Shown here in pieces: positions 42,683 to 51,753 of a stretch of 64,000 nucleotides of DNA. Source of the stretch: an uncultured Actinomycetota bacterium. GTDB lineage: Bacteria; Actinomycetota; Actinomycetes; Mycobacteriales; Mycobacteriaceae. Every line of letters begins with the position of its first letter. Within the stretch, counting starts at the first letter, position 1. Made by a program: the position numbers and the translations under genes. Where the stretch lies: NCBI GenBank assembly GCA_963787635.1, contig CAWBDP010000009.1:397768-461767 (forward strand), in the 5' to 3' direction. The notes below the pieces were generated by a model that saw only the letters and a list, made by a program, of their open reading frames with translations, was not told the origin of the DNA and did no database searches.

Positions 42683-43108
42683 TCATCCGGTCAATAGAAC
42701 TATCCCCGCCACGAGCAACGCAACTGCCTTGGCCGCCTCCAGACCGACATAGGCGTAATGGCCGCGAGAGCGGGGCGCCTCGAGGCCGGCCAGCACCTGG
42801 TCGGAGCGGCGGTTCAACCGCGGCCTTACGGCGGCCAGCTGGACGGCGAGCGCGGCCAACGCGACCGCGAACGCGACGATCGCACCCACCGGCGGTGGCT
42901 TCACGGCGATAACCACCAGAATGACCGCGGCGAAAGCGATTTCGACGCGGTTGAGCGCACGGAAGACCAGCCGGCCGATACCGAGGCCGACCTGCAGCGT
43001 CACGCTGGGCGCACGAAACTTCAGCGGCGCCTCCAGAAATGAAATCGCCACGACCATGCCCAGCCAGACGAACGTGACAGCGACGGCAATGGCCGCCGCG
43101 GCGCTCAC
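42683..43108 (-). CDS. Conserved membrane protein (Rv2620c-like)
   Basis: WLGMVVAISFLEAPLKFRA; 4 TM helices; start GTG 43108 overlaps the upstream stop. Confidence 0.85.
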   Translation of the reverse strand: MSAAAAIAVAVTFVWLGMVVAISFLEAPLKFRAPSVTLQVGLGIGRLVFRALNRVEIAFAAVILVVIAVKPPPVGAIVAFAVALAALAVQLAAVRPRLNRRSDQVLAGLEAPRSRGHYAYVGLEAAKAVALLVAGIVLLTG

Positions 43109-43773
43109 CGGCGGGCGACTTCGGCGACGTGAGCAAGGCACAGATCCGGTTCGGCCAACGGCTCCAGCCGCTCGACAGTGACCGGCGCGTTCCAGTTTTC
43201 CAACGCACCCTGCATCATGCCCAAGTGGATGGGGCAGACGATCGCGGTACTGGCTTCGGCGACCTCCAAAAACGGGCAATGCCGCAGCCCGACCTGTCTA
43301 CCCTCCGATTCACGGCGCTCGGGTGCGAAGCCAAGCTCGTCGAGCAGCTCCATGAGGTGGTCGATCGATGCCTCGACGCTTGCCGCCGGAATAGCGGCGG
43401 AGCGGGTTGGCAGACTCCGCCCCCAGGCCCGCCCCGCGGCCGCCGCCTTGGCACTCGGGTCGCTGTCAGCGGCAATTCCCATGCTGAGGATCTCGGCGAG
43501 CAGTTGGTACCGCCGTGGCCCGCCGTGATCCATCTCCCGGACAGCCCGAAACATCAGCGGTGGACGGCCCGGACCGCCGCGGTCGGGCTGCACGTGTTCC
43601 ACCCGACCGTCGCGGATCAGGGCCTCGAGGTGGAAACGCACGGTGTTGGGGTGTACGTCGAGTTCTTCGGCGATCGCGGCAATGCTCAGCGGCGCCTCAG
43701 CCGCCCGCAACACCTGCATCACCGCACGCCGGCGCCTGCCGGGTTGTTCTGCTGAACTAGCGATGTCATTCAT
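43105..43773 (-). CDS. HTH transcriptional regulator with SufR-like Cys motif (Rv2621c-like)
   Basis: w[21 protein letters not shown]; C-terminal HCPF-x9-CPIH. Confidence 0.85.
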   Translation of the reverse strand: MNDIASSAEQPGRRRRAVMQVLRAAEAPLSIAAIAEELDVHPNTVRFHLEALIRDGRVEHVQPDRGGPGRPPLMFRAVREMDHGGPRRYQLLAEILSMGIAADSDPSAKAAAAGRAWGRSLPTRSAAIPAASVEASIDHLMELLDELGFAPERRESEGRQVGLRHCPFLEVAEASTAIVCPIHLGMMQGALENWNAPVTVERLEPLAEPDLCLAHVAEVARR

Positions 43774-44126
43774 TGCGCCTGCGATTCTTCTCCACTCGGC
43801 AGACCAGCCACCAGCGGGGCGTCGACTCCGAGTGCCCCGACCTTGGCCGCTCCGCCCGGTGAGCCCAGCGGCTCGTCGCGTCCGGGAAGCGTGTCGGTGA
43901 AGAAGGCCTCGTTGTCCGCCTGGTACGGCTGAAGATCGTCGGGAAGATCGTCTTCGTAGTAGATTGCCTCGACCGGGCAGACCGGCTCACAGGCGCCGCA
44001 GTCCACGCATTCGTCGGGGTGAATGTAGAGGGCACGCCCGCCCTCGTAGATGCAGTCGACGGGGCACTCCTCCACGCACGACCGGTCCATCACGTCGACG
44101 CAGGGCTTCCCGATTACGTAGGTCAT
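43770..44126 (-). CDS. fdxA: 7Fe ferredoxin (FdxA type)
   Basis: [37 protein letters not shown]. Confidence 0.92.
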   Translation of the reverse strand: MTYVIGKPCVDVMDRSCVEECPVDCIYEGGRALYIHPDECVDCGACEPVCPVEAIYYEDDLPDDLQPYQADNEAFFTDTLPGRDEPLGSPGGAAKVGALGVDAPLVAGLPSGEESQAQ

Positions 44127-44133
44127 GCGCTAG

Positions 44134-44161
44134 AGTTTACACAAAATCATTTGTATAAACT
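44134..44161. promoter_or_regulatory. AT-rich 28-bp inverted repeat operator between divergent fdxA and DUF2249 genes
   Basis: AGTTTACACAAA-ATCA-TTTGTATAAACT, arms match 11/12. Confidence 0.75.
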
Positions 44162-44180
44162 AGCGAGGGCCCGAAAATTG

Positions 44181-44783
44181 TTGGTCGACAACGAACTTGA
44201 CGTCCGAGAGCTGCGCAAACCGGACAAGCACCCGACGATATTCTCGACTTATGCCGCATTGTCGGCCGGCGAATCGTTTGTCCTGATCAACAACCATGAC
44301 CCTAAGCATCTGCATGACGAGTTCGAAACCGACCTGTCCGGCGGCTACGGCTGGGCGTACCTCGAGAAGGGTCCTGCGGTCTGGCGGATCCGGATCACCA
44401 AACACACCACTAACCCACCGCCGAGGATGCTGACCAACACTGCTGCGGCAACCGAACCCAACGCGAGCGGTGCGCTCTGGAAACTGGAAGTCCGTGAGCG
44501 CGACCTGGACTCCAACGTTATCGCGCTGGCACCCGATGGCCGCATCGACGCCCATACCGGAGCCGACGTCGACGTGTTGATCCACGTGCTGTCCGGCAGC
44601 GGCCAGCTGTGCACCGAGAACGGGCTGATCGACCTGGTCCCGGGTGCTCTGCTGTGGCTGCCGAAACACTCGCGCCGAGCGTTCGTCGCCGGCCCGGCCG
44701 GGTTGCGATACCTCACGGTGCACAAGAAGCGTGAGATCCTGCCGCTGATGCCTGCCGCACCCACTGTGCCGCAGGCCTTCTGA
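44181..44783 (+). CDS. DUF2249 + cupin domain protein
   Basis: ELDVREL..KHPTIF..GESFVLINNHDPKHL (DUF2249); HTGADVDVLIHVLSGSG (cupin); TTG start inferred. Confidence 0.8.
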   Translation: MVDNELDVRELRKPDKHPTIFSTYAALSAGESFVLINNHDPKHLHDEFETDLSGGYGWAYLEKGPAVWRIRITKHTTNPPPRMLTNTAAATEPNASGALWKLEVRERDLDSNVIALAPDGRIDAHTGADVDVLIHVLSGSGQLCTENGLIDLVPGALLWLPKHSRRAFVAGPAGLRYLTVHKKREILPLMPAAPTVPQAF

Positions 44784-44903
44784 TGACGCGCCCAGCCGGG
44801 GGTGTCTCGTCGAACCGGCCCGACGACACGGTGCAGGGGCATTGGCTGCTTGCGCGACTTGAGCAGAACGTGACCGGCAGTCTGTAAGAATCCCCCGCTG
44901 CCG

Positions 44904-45284
44904 TCAGTGTGCGTCGATCTCGTCGAAGACCCGCTGGGCGATCCGGAAGGAGCTGTTGGCGTCCGGCAACCCGCAGTAGATCGCGGTCTGCAGCAGGACT
45001 TCCTTGATCTCGTCGCGAGACAACCCGTTGCGCAAGGCCGCCGCGATATGCGCCGAGAGCTCTTCGTCGCGCCCGCGGGCGATCAGCGCGGTCATGGCGA
45101 TCATCGAGCGGCTGCGCCGGTCCAGCCCGGGACGTCCCCACACGGCGCCCCAGGCGAATTCGGTGATCAGCTCTTGGAAGTCGCGGGTGAAGGCGGTGAT
45201 GCGCGCGTCTGCGCGGTCGACGTAGGCCTCGCCCAACACTTCGCGTCGCACGGTTGCGCCGCGGTCGTGGCGGCTACTCTCCAT
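44904..45284 (-). CDS. pcaC: 4-carboxymuconolactone decarboxylase
   Basis: RREVLG..DFQELITEFAWGAVWGRPGLDRRSRS, AIYCGLP; GAGGAGG RBS. Confidence 0.93.
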   Translation of the reverse strand: MESSRHDRGATVRREVLGEAYVDRADARITAFTRDFQELITEFAWGAVWGRPGLDRRSRSMIAMTALIARGRDEELSAHIAAALRNGLSRDEIKEVLLQTAIYCGLPDANSSFRIAQRVFDEIDAH

Positions 45285-45339
45285 GCCCGCCTCCTCCTCT
45301 GGCCACTTCGCGGCCCGCATCGTCACCGGGCGCGCTCAT
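45285..45339 (-). repeat. Single MIRU-like element as the pcaD-pcaC spacer
   Basis: atgagcgcgcccggtgacgatgcgggccgcgaagtggccagaggaggaggcgggc; its ATG overlaps the pcaD TGA and it supplies the pcaC RBS. Confidence 0.7.
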
Positions 45340-46121
45340 CTGTTCTCCCGTCTCTTGAGCTTCAGCAACACATCTGCGACACGGTCGGGCTGCTCGGCCG
45401 GTGCGAGGTGCGCGGCATCGGGCAACTCGATGAACCTGCCACGCGTGACTTTAGCAGCGATAAATCGCAACGAATCCGAAGGCGTGGCAATGTCGTTCGC
45501 ACCGGCGACGGCGACGACCGGAGTGGTGATCTCGCCAAGCCGGTAGCGGGCGTCGAATTCGGCCAACGCCTCGCAGGTGCGGGCATACCCGTCATCGTCC
45601 ACTCGGCGCAACGCGTCGAGCAGCCCCCTGGCGGACCCCGGATCGCGTTCGAAGAACCCCGGACTGAACCACCGTCGCACTGAGAGGGCCACTACTTCAC
45701 CGGTGCCGCCGTTGCGAACTACCTGCGCCCGGGATTTCCAGTCGACCGGGTCGCCTATTCGCGCCGCGGTGCAGATCAGCGCGGCCGACGCGACGCGCTC
45801 CGGATACCCCAGCAGCATCTCGATTCCCACGGCGCCGGCCACTGACATGCCGGCATAGGTGAACCGACACTTGCCGATTTCGTTTTCGACCATCCCAACG
45901 ACGCTGGTGGCGAGATCGTCAATGGTGAACGCGTCACGCGGTCGCGGGCTGGCGCCGTGGCCGGGTAGGTCCCAGCCGATGACGTGATAGGCGCCAGCCA
46001 ACCGTTGGGCGACCGACGACCACAGCGTGGCAACCGAGGTTCCCAGCGCCGGGCCGACGACCAGCGGCGGCAACTCCGGTGCGCCGGCCAGCACCGATCC
46101 GATGATCCGGGGAACACTCAC
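45336..46121 (-). CDS. pcaD: 3-oxoadipate enol-lactone hydrolase
   Basis: ALGTSVATLW, WDLPGHG, GMSVAG nucleophile elbow, AHLAPAEQP; operon context. Confidence 0.88.
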   Translation of the reverse strand: MSVPRIIGSVLAGAPELPPLVVGPALGTSVATLWSSVAQRLAGAYHVIGWDLPGHGASPRPRDAFTIDDLATSVVGMVENEIGKCRFTYAGMSVAGAVGIEMLLGYPERVASAALICTAARIGDPVDWKSRAQVVRNGGTGEVVALSVRRWFSPGFFERDPGSARGLLDALRRVDDDGYARTCEALAEFDARYRLGEITTPVVAVAGANDIATPSDSLRFIAAKVTRGRFIELPDAAHLAPAEQPDRVADVLLKLKRRENR

Positions 46122-47341
46122 GGGTGGTCCTTGACTGCCCGCCGGGCACGCTCCAGGCTCTCGTCGATCAGCGTGTCGACGGCACCGAAATACGTTCCGG
46201 ACGGCGACTTTCCAGCCAGCTCGGCGACGGCTCGCTGCTCGCTGAGCACATCAACGTCGTCGAGGTTATCGGTCATCCGCTGCGGGTGCACCTGCAGTCC
46301 GGCGAGCAGCTCGCCGCACTGGCTGCCGGCGATTACACATCGGCGAGCCAGCGTGCGCAGGGCGTCCCATTCGACGTGCCAGGCGCCGTCGGGGCGTTCG
46401 TCGTTGGCGAGCGCGGCGGCGGTGTGCAACGTTGCGGCCAGTGGCGGCGCGGCAATCGCGGCACGCCGAATCAGGATGGACAGCACTGGATTACGCTTGT
46501 GCGGCATGCTCGACGATCCGCCGCGATCCCCGCCGGCGGGTTCGCTCAGTTCGCCGATCTCCGGGCGGCACAGGGTCACGACGTCCGACGCGATGCGTCC
46601 CCACGCGTCGGTGCATCCGACCAGCGCGTCGGCGACCGCGGTCACCGGTGCGCGCGTGGTATGCCATGGCAGCCGGACAGCCAAACCCAAAGTGGCCGCG
46701 GTGGTTTGCACCAGCTGAGCGGTGATCTGCGCGGGATCGCCCTGACCGCCGACGAATTTGGCCAACTCCATGGTCGCGGCCATGGTTCCGCCCGCTCCGC
46801 CGATCTGGACCGGCGTGCTCAGCCCACGTAGTTGCTGATATGCGTCGACGACTCCGCCCAGCCACGCCGCGGCCTTGGCTCCGAACGTGGTGGGCACGGC
46901 GTGCTGAGTCAGGGTGCGGGCCACCATCGGCGTGCCCCGGTGGGTGTTGGCCAATGCGGACAGCGTCGAAATCTCTTCCACCAATTGGTCTGTCAGCGCG
47001 TCCAGCACGGCGCGGGTGGCCAGCATCAAAGCGGTGTCGAGAACGTCCTGGCTGGTCAGGCCGCGGTGGATCCACCGTCCGATGGTCGCGCGGTCACGCA
47101 GCATTGCGACCACAACGATGACCGGGTTGCCGGCGGCTTCGGACCCGGCTGCGAGCGTCTCACAATCCTGCGGCTTCAGCAGCCGCTCGAGATCAGCGCC
47201 GGTGCACTCGGCCGGTGCCAGTCCGGCAACGGCCAGCGCGTTCAACCAGGCCGACTCCACCGCGACCATCGCGCGCAGCAGCTCCACATCAGTCATGAGT
47301 TCACCGGCGCGCTGGTCGCCCGGCCACAGCAGATTCGTCAT
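46118..47341 (-). CDS. pcaB: 3-carboxy-cis,cis-muconate cycloisomerase
   Basis: HRGLTSQDVLDT, RTLTQHA, GSSSMPHKRNP, ERPDGAWHVEW. Confidence 0.93.
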   Translation of the reverse strand: MTNLLWPGDQRAGELMTDVELLRAMVAVESAWLNALAVAGLAPAECTGADLERLLKPQDCETLAAGSEAAGNPVIVVVAMLRDRATIGRWIHRGLTSQDVLDTALMLATRAVLDALTDQLVEEISTLSALANTHRGTPMVARTLTQHAVPTTFGAKAAAWLGGVVDAYQQLRGLSTPVQIGGAGGTMAATMELAKFVGGQGDPAQITAQLVQTTAATLGLAVRLPWHTTRAPVTAVADALVGCTDAWGRIASDVVTLCRPEIGELSEPAGGDRGGSSSMPHKRNPVLSILIRRAAIAAPPLAATLHTAAALANDERPDGAWHVEWDALRTLARRCVIAGSQCGELLAGLQVHPQRMTDNLDDVDVLSEQRAVAELAGKSPSGTYFGAVDTLIDESLERARRAVKDHP

Positions 47342-47916
47342 CGCCGATCCCCGCCGTAGCTCAGGAAGACGGTCTCGATTTGAGTCCGGCCGCCCTGCAC
47401 GCGGATGTCGAATCGATATCCCGCACGCCCAGAGAGACTTTCGTCCAGACATCTCAGCGTGGCCCGTTGCGCGGCGGTCAGCCCGGACAAGCGGTCGTCT
47501 GCGTCGAGGTCGGCGTCCGGCAGGTAGGCGCGGGTGAACAAGCGGTTCAGCAAGCCGCGCGCGAAGACGGTGATCGCGAAGAACGGGGACCGGCCGGCGG
47601 TCGCCGATCCGGGAGGCAGCGTGGTGAAACTGTACTGACCATTAGCGTCGGTCGCCGATCTGCCCCATCCGGTGAAGGCCGAACCGTCACGCCGCAGTGA
47701 GCCGGCCTGCCGGACGATGTTGCCCTGCGGGTCGGGCTGCCACAGCTCGACGAGGGCGTCCGGTATGCCATGGCCGGCGCCGTCATAGACCGTGCCGAGT
47801 AACCGTACGGCGCACGGGTGATCCTCGTCGACCAACCGACCCCCACCCGTATAGGACAATGCGCAGTCGAAAAACGGCCCCACGGTTTGCCCTGGAGTGC
47901 AGGCGGATTCAGCCAT
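47338..47916 (-). CDS. pcaG: Protocatechuate 3,4-dioxygenase alpha subunit
   Basis: TPGQTVGPF, DALVELWQ, GWGR, VFARGLL..LFTRAY, ETVF. Confidence 0.93.
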   Translation of the reverse strand: MAESACTPGQTVGPFFDCALSYTGGGRLVDEDHPCAVRLLGTVYDGAGHGIPDALVELWQPDPQGNIVRQAGSLRRDGSAFTGWGRSATDANGQYSFTTLPPGSATAGRSPFFAITVFARGLLNRLFTRAYLPDADLDADDRLSGLTAAQRATLRCLDESLSGRAGYRFDIRVQGGRTQIETVFLSYGGDRR

Positions 47917-48679
47917 GATGGCTTTCGGATTCGGTCCAGGTGCGCGCGCTTCCCGCCACCACGATGTCCCACCGGTACCCGGTCGCGTACTCCGCCTCAG
48001 TGAGGTCATGGTCGTAGCCGGCGACCAGCCGTTTGCGGGCAGCGGGGTCGACGATGGATTGGTAGATGGGGTCCAGGTCGAACAAGGGGTCGCGGGGAAA
48101 GTACATCTGGGTGACCAGGCGTTGGGTGAAAGCGGTTCCGAAGACCGAGAAATGGATATGCGCCGGCCGCCAGGCATTGTGGTGATTACGCCAGGGATAC
48201 GGACCCGGCTTGATCGTGAGGAAGCGGTAGGTGCCGTCCGGGCCGGTCAGGCAGCGACCCACTCCGGTGAAGTTCGGATCGAGCGGCGCGGGGTGCTGAT
48301 CGCGCCGGTGGCGGTAGCGCCCGCTGGCATTCGCCTGCCAAATCTCGATCAGCTGACCGGCGACCGGCCTGCCCGCCTCGTCGAGCAGCCGCCCGGTCAG
48401 GATGATCCGCTCCCCGATCGGCTCACCGGAATGACCGGCAGTCAGGTCGGCATCGAGGGGGTCGACGTCCTGCGGGCCGAAGCACGGCGCGCAGAGTTCG
48501 ACGTCCTCGGGATCCACGCGGAAATGCGGCGATGCCGGATGGCGCAGGACACTGCTGCGGTACGGCGGATAGTCCAGCCGCGGCTCAGTCGCGTCGTGGG
48601 CCCCGCAGTCGGCGGCGATGCGGGCCATTTCTGCGGTGATTTCGCTTTGGGACGCGACGCGCTGGGGTGCGGCCTCCAT
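47909..48679 (-). CDS. pcaH: Protocatechuate 3,4-dioxygenase beta subunit
   Basis: YPPYRSS..RHP, EIWQANASGRY, KPGPYPWRNH.NAWRPAHIH, TQMYF. Confidence 0.95.
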   Translation of the reverse strand: MEAAPQRVASQSEITAEMARIAADCGAHDATEPRLDYPPYRSSVLRHPASPHFRVDPEDVELCAPCFGPQDVDPLDADLTAGHSGEPIGERIILTGRLLDEAGRPVAGQLIEIWQANASGRYRHRRDQHPAPLDPNFTGVGRCLTGPDGTYRFLTIKPGPYPWRNHHNAWRPAHIHFSVFGTAFTQRLVTQMYFPRDPLFDLDPIYQSIVDPAARKRLVAGYDHDLTEAEYATGYRWDIVVAGSARTWTESESHHG

Positions 48680-48730
48680 GACCAGTGAAGCTAACCACAC
48701 AACCGGTCGGCCTAAACCTGGTTGGCCGCA

Positions 48731-49216
48731 CTAGATGGTGCGCAGCAGCGCCGTTCTGCCCTTGACCCGGAGCTTTTGCATGGTGGAACCGCGCAGCTGC
48801 TCGATGCGCGCAGCCATCTTGTCGCCCAGCACCTGCAGTTCCTCGTCGGTGATCTGCACCGGGGGCGGCACCGGGATCATGTCACGTTCCTCTTCGTCGG
48901 CGTGGGCTTCCAGGACGGTCTTGAAGGATTCCCATTCTTGCTCGTAGTTCGGATCGGTCGGCCGGGTGCGCAGCAGCACGGCAAGCTGATCGGTCACCTG
49001 ACGATGCTCGGCGTGCGCGATCGCGATTAGTCGGCTGGCCGCCGCGAGCGCCGGGTAGTAGAGGTCATCCTCGACGCGGAAATGAATGTCCAGCTCGACC
49101 AGCATCTCGTCGAGGTAGGCCTGCCGTTCGGCCGTACCCACCGGCGTCTCGCTGACCTTTCGACCCAGCCCCTTGAGTACCTTGTGGTGCTCTTGCAATA
49201 CCGTGTAGGCGTTCAT
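48731..49216 (-). CDS. Hemerythrin-like di-iron protein (Rv2633c ortholog)
   Basis: MNAY.VL..HH, HFRVEDDLYYPAL, HAEH, HADEEE; closely matches recalled Rv2633c. Confidence 0.9.
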   Translation of the reverse strand: MNAYTVLQEHHKVLKGLGRKVSETPVGTAERQAYLDEMLVELDIHFRVEDDLYYPALAAASRLIAIAHAEHRQVTDQLAVLLRTRPTDPNYEQEWESFKTVLEAHADEEERDMIPVPPPVQITDEELQVLGDKMAARIEQLRGSTMQKLRVKGRTALLRTI

Positions 49217-50187
49217 TTGGGCGACCTTCTCCCCCGCTTATTGTCCGGATGTAGCAAATTCCTTGTGTCGCCGCGCAACTCGATCATGCCGTCGCGGATA
49301 CGGGTTTGATAACACGGCAGCGAAGCCGCTGACGGGCCACGCAGCACCTCGCCGGACTCGACGTCGAAGCGGGAGCCGTGCCAAGGGCACACGATGCGGC
49401 TACGATCGACCCAGCCGTCGGCCATCGGTGCGCCCATGTGCGGGCAGTACTCGCCGAACGCCGACACCTGACCGTCGCCGATGCGGCACAGCACCAGTCC
49501 CACGCCGTCGACTTCAACCTGTTGGGGCTTGCCGTCCCGCAACGACTCCAAAGCCAGCACCGGTGTCCAACTTTGGCTGCGCAGTCGCTGACCGGACTGG
49601 TCGGTACCGATGCCCGATTCGAACACCAAGGCACCACCCATGTAGCTGCTTCCGACGGTGATGCCGTACCCGAGCGCGCTGGTCGCGATCCCTCGAACGT
49701 GGCGGCCGCGATGGCGATCCCACCACGACAGGATGTAGAGACCCGTCGCGAACATGTTCAGCAAACCGTGCATCAGCCCGATGCGACGGTCTTCTTCATG
49801 GGTGTGCTGCCAATCGGTTACCCCGGTGACCGCTGAGCCCAGGTTCGCCAGAATTCCCAGTCCGAGGGCACGCCGGGCAAATCGCGAGGCGTCCAGGACT
49901 TCGGAAGCCGGTCGGCCCGGCAACACGCTCAGCGCGTCCAGGGCCACGGTCGTTCCAATGGCTCCACTGGTGAACGAGGCCAGCGGCGGGTGCACCGGAT
50001 GACCGAGCCACACACCATTCAGCACGTTGGTAACGCGGTCACGCGCGCCGCCCAGCGCATTGAACACCATGCCGAGGAAGTGTTCGAACCGGTAGCTCGG
50101 CCGGTCCAGCCACTCTTGCCGCCCGATAACCGACAATGCGCGCGTCCCGACCTTATGCACCTGGTATGCCGACGACTGCTGAACCAT
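49213..50187 (-). CDS. DUF2231-like membrane domain + Rieske [2Fe-2S] protein
   Basis: WLGHPVHPP, TGVTDW, GLMHG; Rieske CPHMG..CPWHGSRFD; stop overlaps the hemerythrin ATG. Confidence 0.85.
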   Translation of the reverse strand: MVQQSSAYQVHKVGTRALSVIGRQEWLDRPSYRFEHFLGMVFNALGGARDRVTNVLNGVWLGHPVHPPLASFTSGAIGTTVALDALSVLPGRPASEVLDASRFARRALGLGILANLGSAVTGVTDWQHTHEEDRRIGLMHGLLNMFATGLYILSWWDRHRGRHVRGIATSALGYGITVGSSYMGGALVFESGIGTDQSGQRLRSQSWTPVLALESLRDGKPQQVEVDGVGLVLCRIGDGQVSAFGEYCPHMGAPMADGWVDRSRIVCPWHGSRFDVESGEVLRGPSAASLPCYQTRIRDGMIELRGDTRNLLHPDNKRGRRSPK

Positions 50188-50388
50188 GGGCACGAGTCCT
50201 TCCCTCGAGTGCGTGGTCACGCGACGATATCTTCAGACACAACCAGACCACCGTAACGCGGGCGCGAAACCCGCCACGCCGGCCGGTCGTATTGACCAAG
50301 ACGTCAGCCCGAGGCATTCTCTAACTAGCGGAGTTGCTCTCTGTATAGCAGACAACCCGCCGACCGGGGGTCTGAAGTGGAGGTCGCG

Positions 50389-51753
50389 ATGATCGATCAC
50401 CGCAGCGTCTTCGACAACGTCCGGCGCGGCATGATTCCCGCGCACATCTACAACGACAACGCCATCTTCGAACTGGAAAAAGAGCGACTTTTCAACCGCG
50501 CCTGGACGTTCGTCGCGCACGAATCGGAGATCCCGCAAGACGGCGACTACGTGGTACGCCGGGTGCTCGACGATTCGTTCATCATCACGCGCGACTCGAA
50601 TGGCGATGTACGCGCTTTATTCAATATGTGCCTGCACCGCGGAATGCAGGTCTGTCGCGCAGAGATGGGCAACGCCTCCAACTTCCGCTGCCCCTACCAC
50701 GGCTGGACGTACCGCAATGACGGCCGGCTCACCGGCCTTCCGTTCCACCGCGAGGCCTACGGCGGTGACGGCGGGTTCGCCAAGGACGGCCTGGCGCTGC
50801 TGCCGGCGCCGAACCTGGCCAGCTACAACGGCCTGATTTTCGTCAACCTGGACCCCAACGCCCAACCGCTGGACAACTTCCTCGGCGACTTCCGGTTCTA
50901 TCTGGACTTCTACACCAAGCAGAGCCACCACGGTCTGGAAGTCCGCGGCCCGCAGCGCTGGCGGATCAAGGCGAACTGGAAGATCGGCGCCGAGAATTTC
51001 GCCGGCGACATGTACCACACCCCGCACACGCACGCGTCGATCGTCGAGATCGGATTGTTCCGCGAGCCCAAGGCTCAGAAGCGGAAGGACGGCGCCACCT
51101 ATTGGGCGCACAGCGGCGGCGGAACCACCTACAAACTCCCGCCGGGCGGCTTCGAACAACGCATGCGCTACGTCGGATATCCCGACGAGATGATCGCCCG
51201 CGTCAAAGAGGTATGGACACCGCAGCAGCAGCAACTGGTGGGCGAGGACGGGTTCATGATCTCGGCCGCCTCGTGCTTCCCGAATCTGAGTTTCGTGCAC
51301 AACTGGCCCAAGGTGATCGCGACGACAGGCGACGACGTGTTGCCGTTCATCTCGATTCGGCTCTGGCAGCCGGTCAGCGCGAACGAAACCGAGGTGTGCT
51401 CGTGGTTTGCGGTGGACGCCGGCGCACCGCCGGAGTTCAAGAGAAATTCCTACCGCGCCTACCTGATGTGCTTCGGATCGACGGGAATGTTCGAACAGGA
51501 CGACGTGGAGAACTGGGTGTCGCTGACCAACACCGCCGGCGGTTCGATGGCGCGCCGGCTCTTGCTGAACAGCCGGATGGGTCTGCTCTCCGACGACCGG
51601 CCGGTCGTCGACACGCTGCCCGCCAACGCGTTTCACGGGCCGGGACGCGCCCAGGTCGGTTACAACGAGCACAACCAGCGCGCACTGCTCAAGCTGTGGG
51701 CCGATCACCTCGAGATACCGCCGGCCGTCTCGCGCACCGAGGCGCCGGCATGA
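50389..51753 (+). CDS. phtAa: Ring-hydroxylating dioxygenase alpha subunit, phthalate 3,4-dioxygenase type
   Basis: Rieske CLHRG..CPYHGW; ENFAGDMYHTPHTH; FEQDDVEN; recalled similarity to actinobacterial PhtAa/PadAa/OphA1. Confidence 0.82.
   Translation: MIDHRSVFDNVRRGMIPAHIYNDNAIFELEKERLFNRAWTFVAHESEIPQDGDYVVRRVLDDSFIITRDSNGDVRALFNMCLHRGMQVCRAEMGNASNFRCPYHGWTYRNDGRLTGLPFHREAYGGDGGFAKDGLALLPAPNLASYNGLIFVNLDPNAQPLDNFLGDFRFYLDFYTKQSHHGLEVRGPQRWRIKANWKIGAENFAGDMYHTPHTHASIVEIGLFREPKAQKRKDGATYWAHSGGGTTYKLPPGGFEQRMRYVGYPDEMIARVKEVWTPQQQQLVGEDGFMISAASCFPNLSFVHNWPKVIATTGDDVLPFISIRLWQPVSANETEVCSWFAVDAGAPPEFKRNSYRAYLMCFGSTGMFEQDDVENWVSLTNTAGGSMARRLLLNSRMGLLSDDRPVVDTLPANAFHGPGRAQVGYNEHNQRALLKLWADHLEIPPAVSRTEAPA

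Noticed and set aside
50310-50350. IclR operator upstream of phtAa (tgct-N8-agca)
   Set aside because: Arms are only 4 bp; cannot be distinguished from chance without comparative data.
51102-51749. Extended 394-aa dioxygenase beta subunit
   Set aside because: The extension overlaps the alpha subunit out of frame; the real start is the ATGA overlap at 51750.
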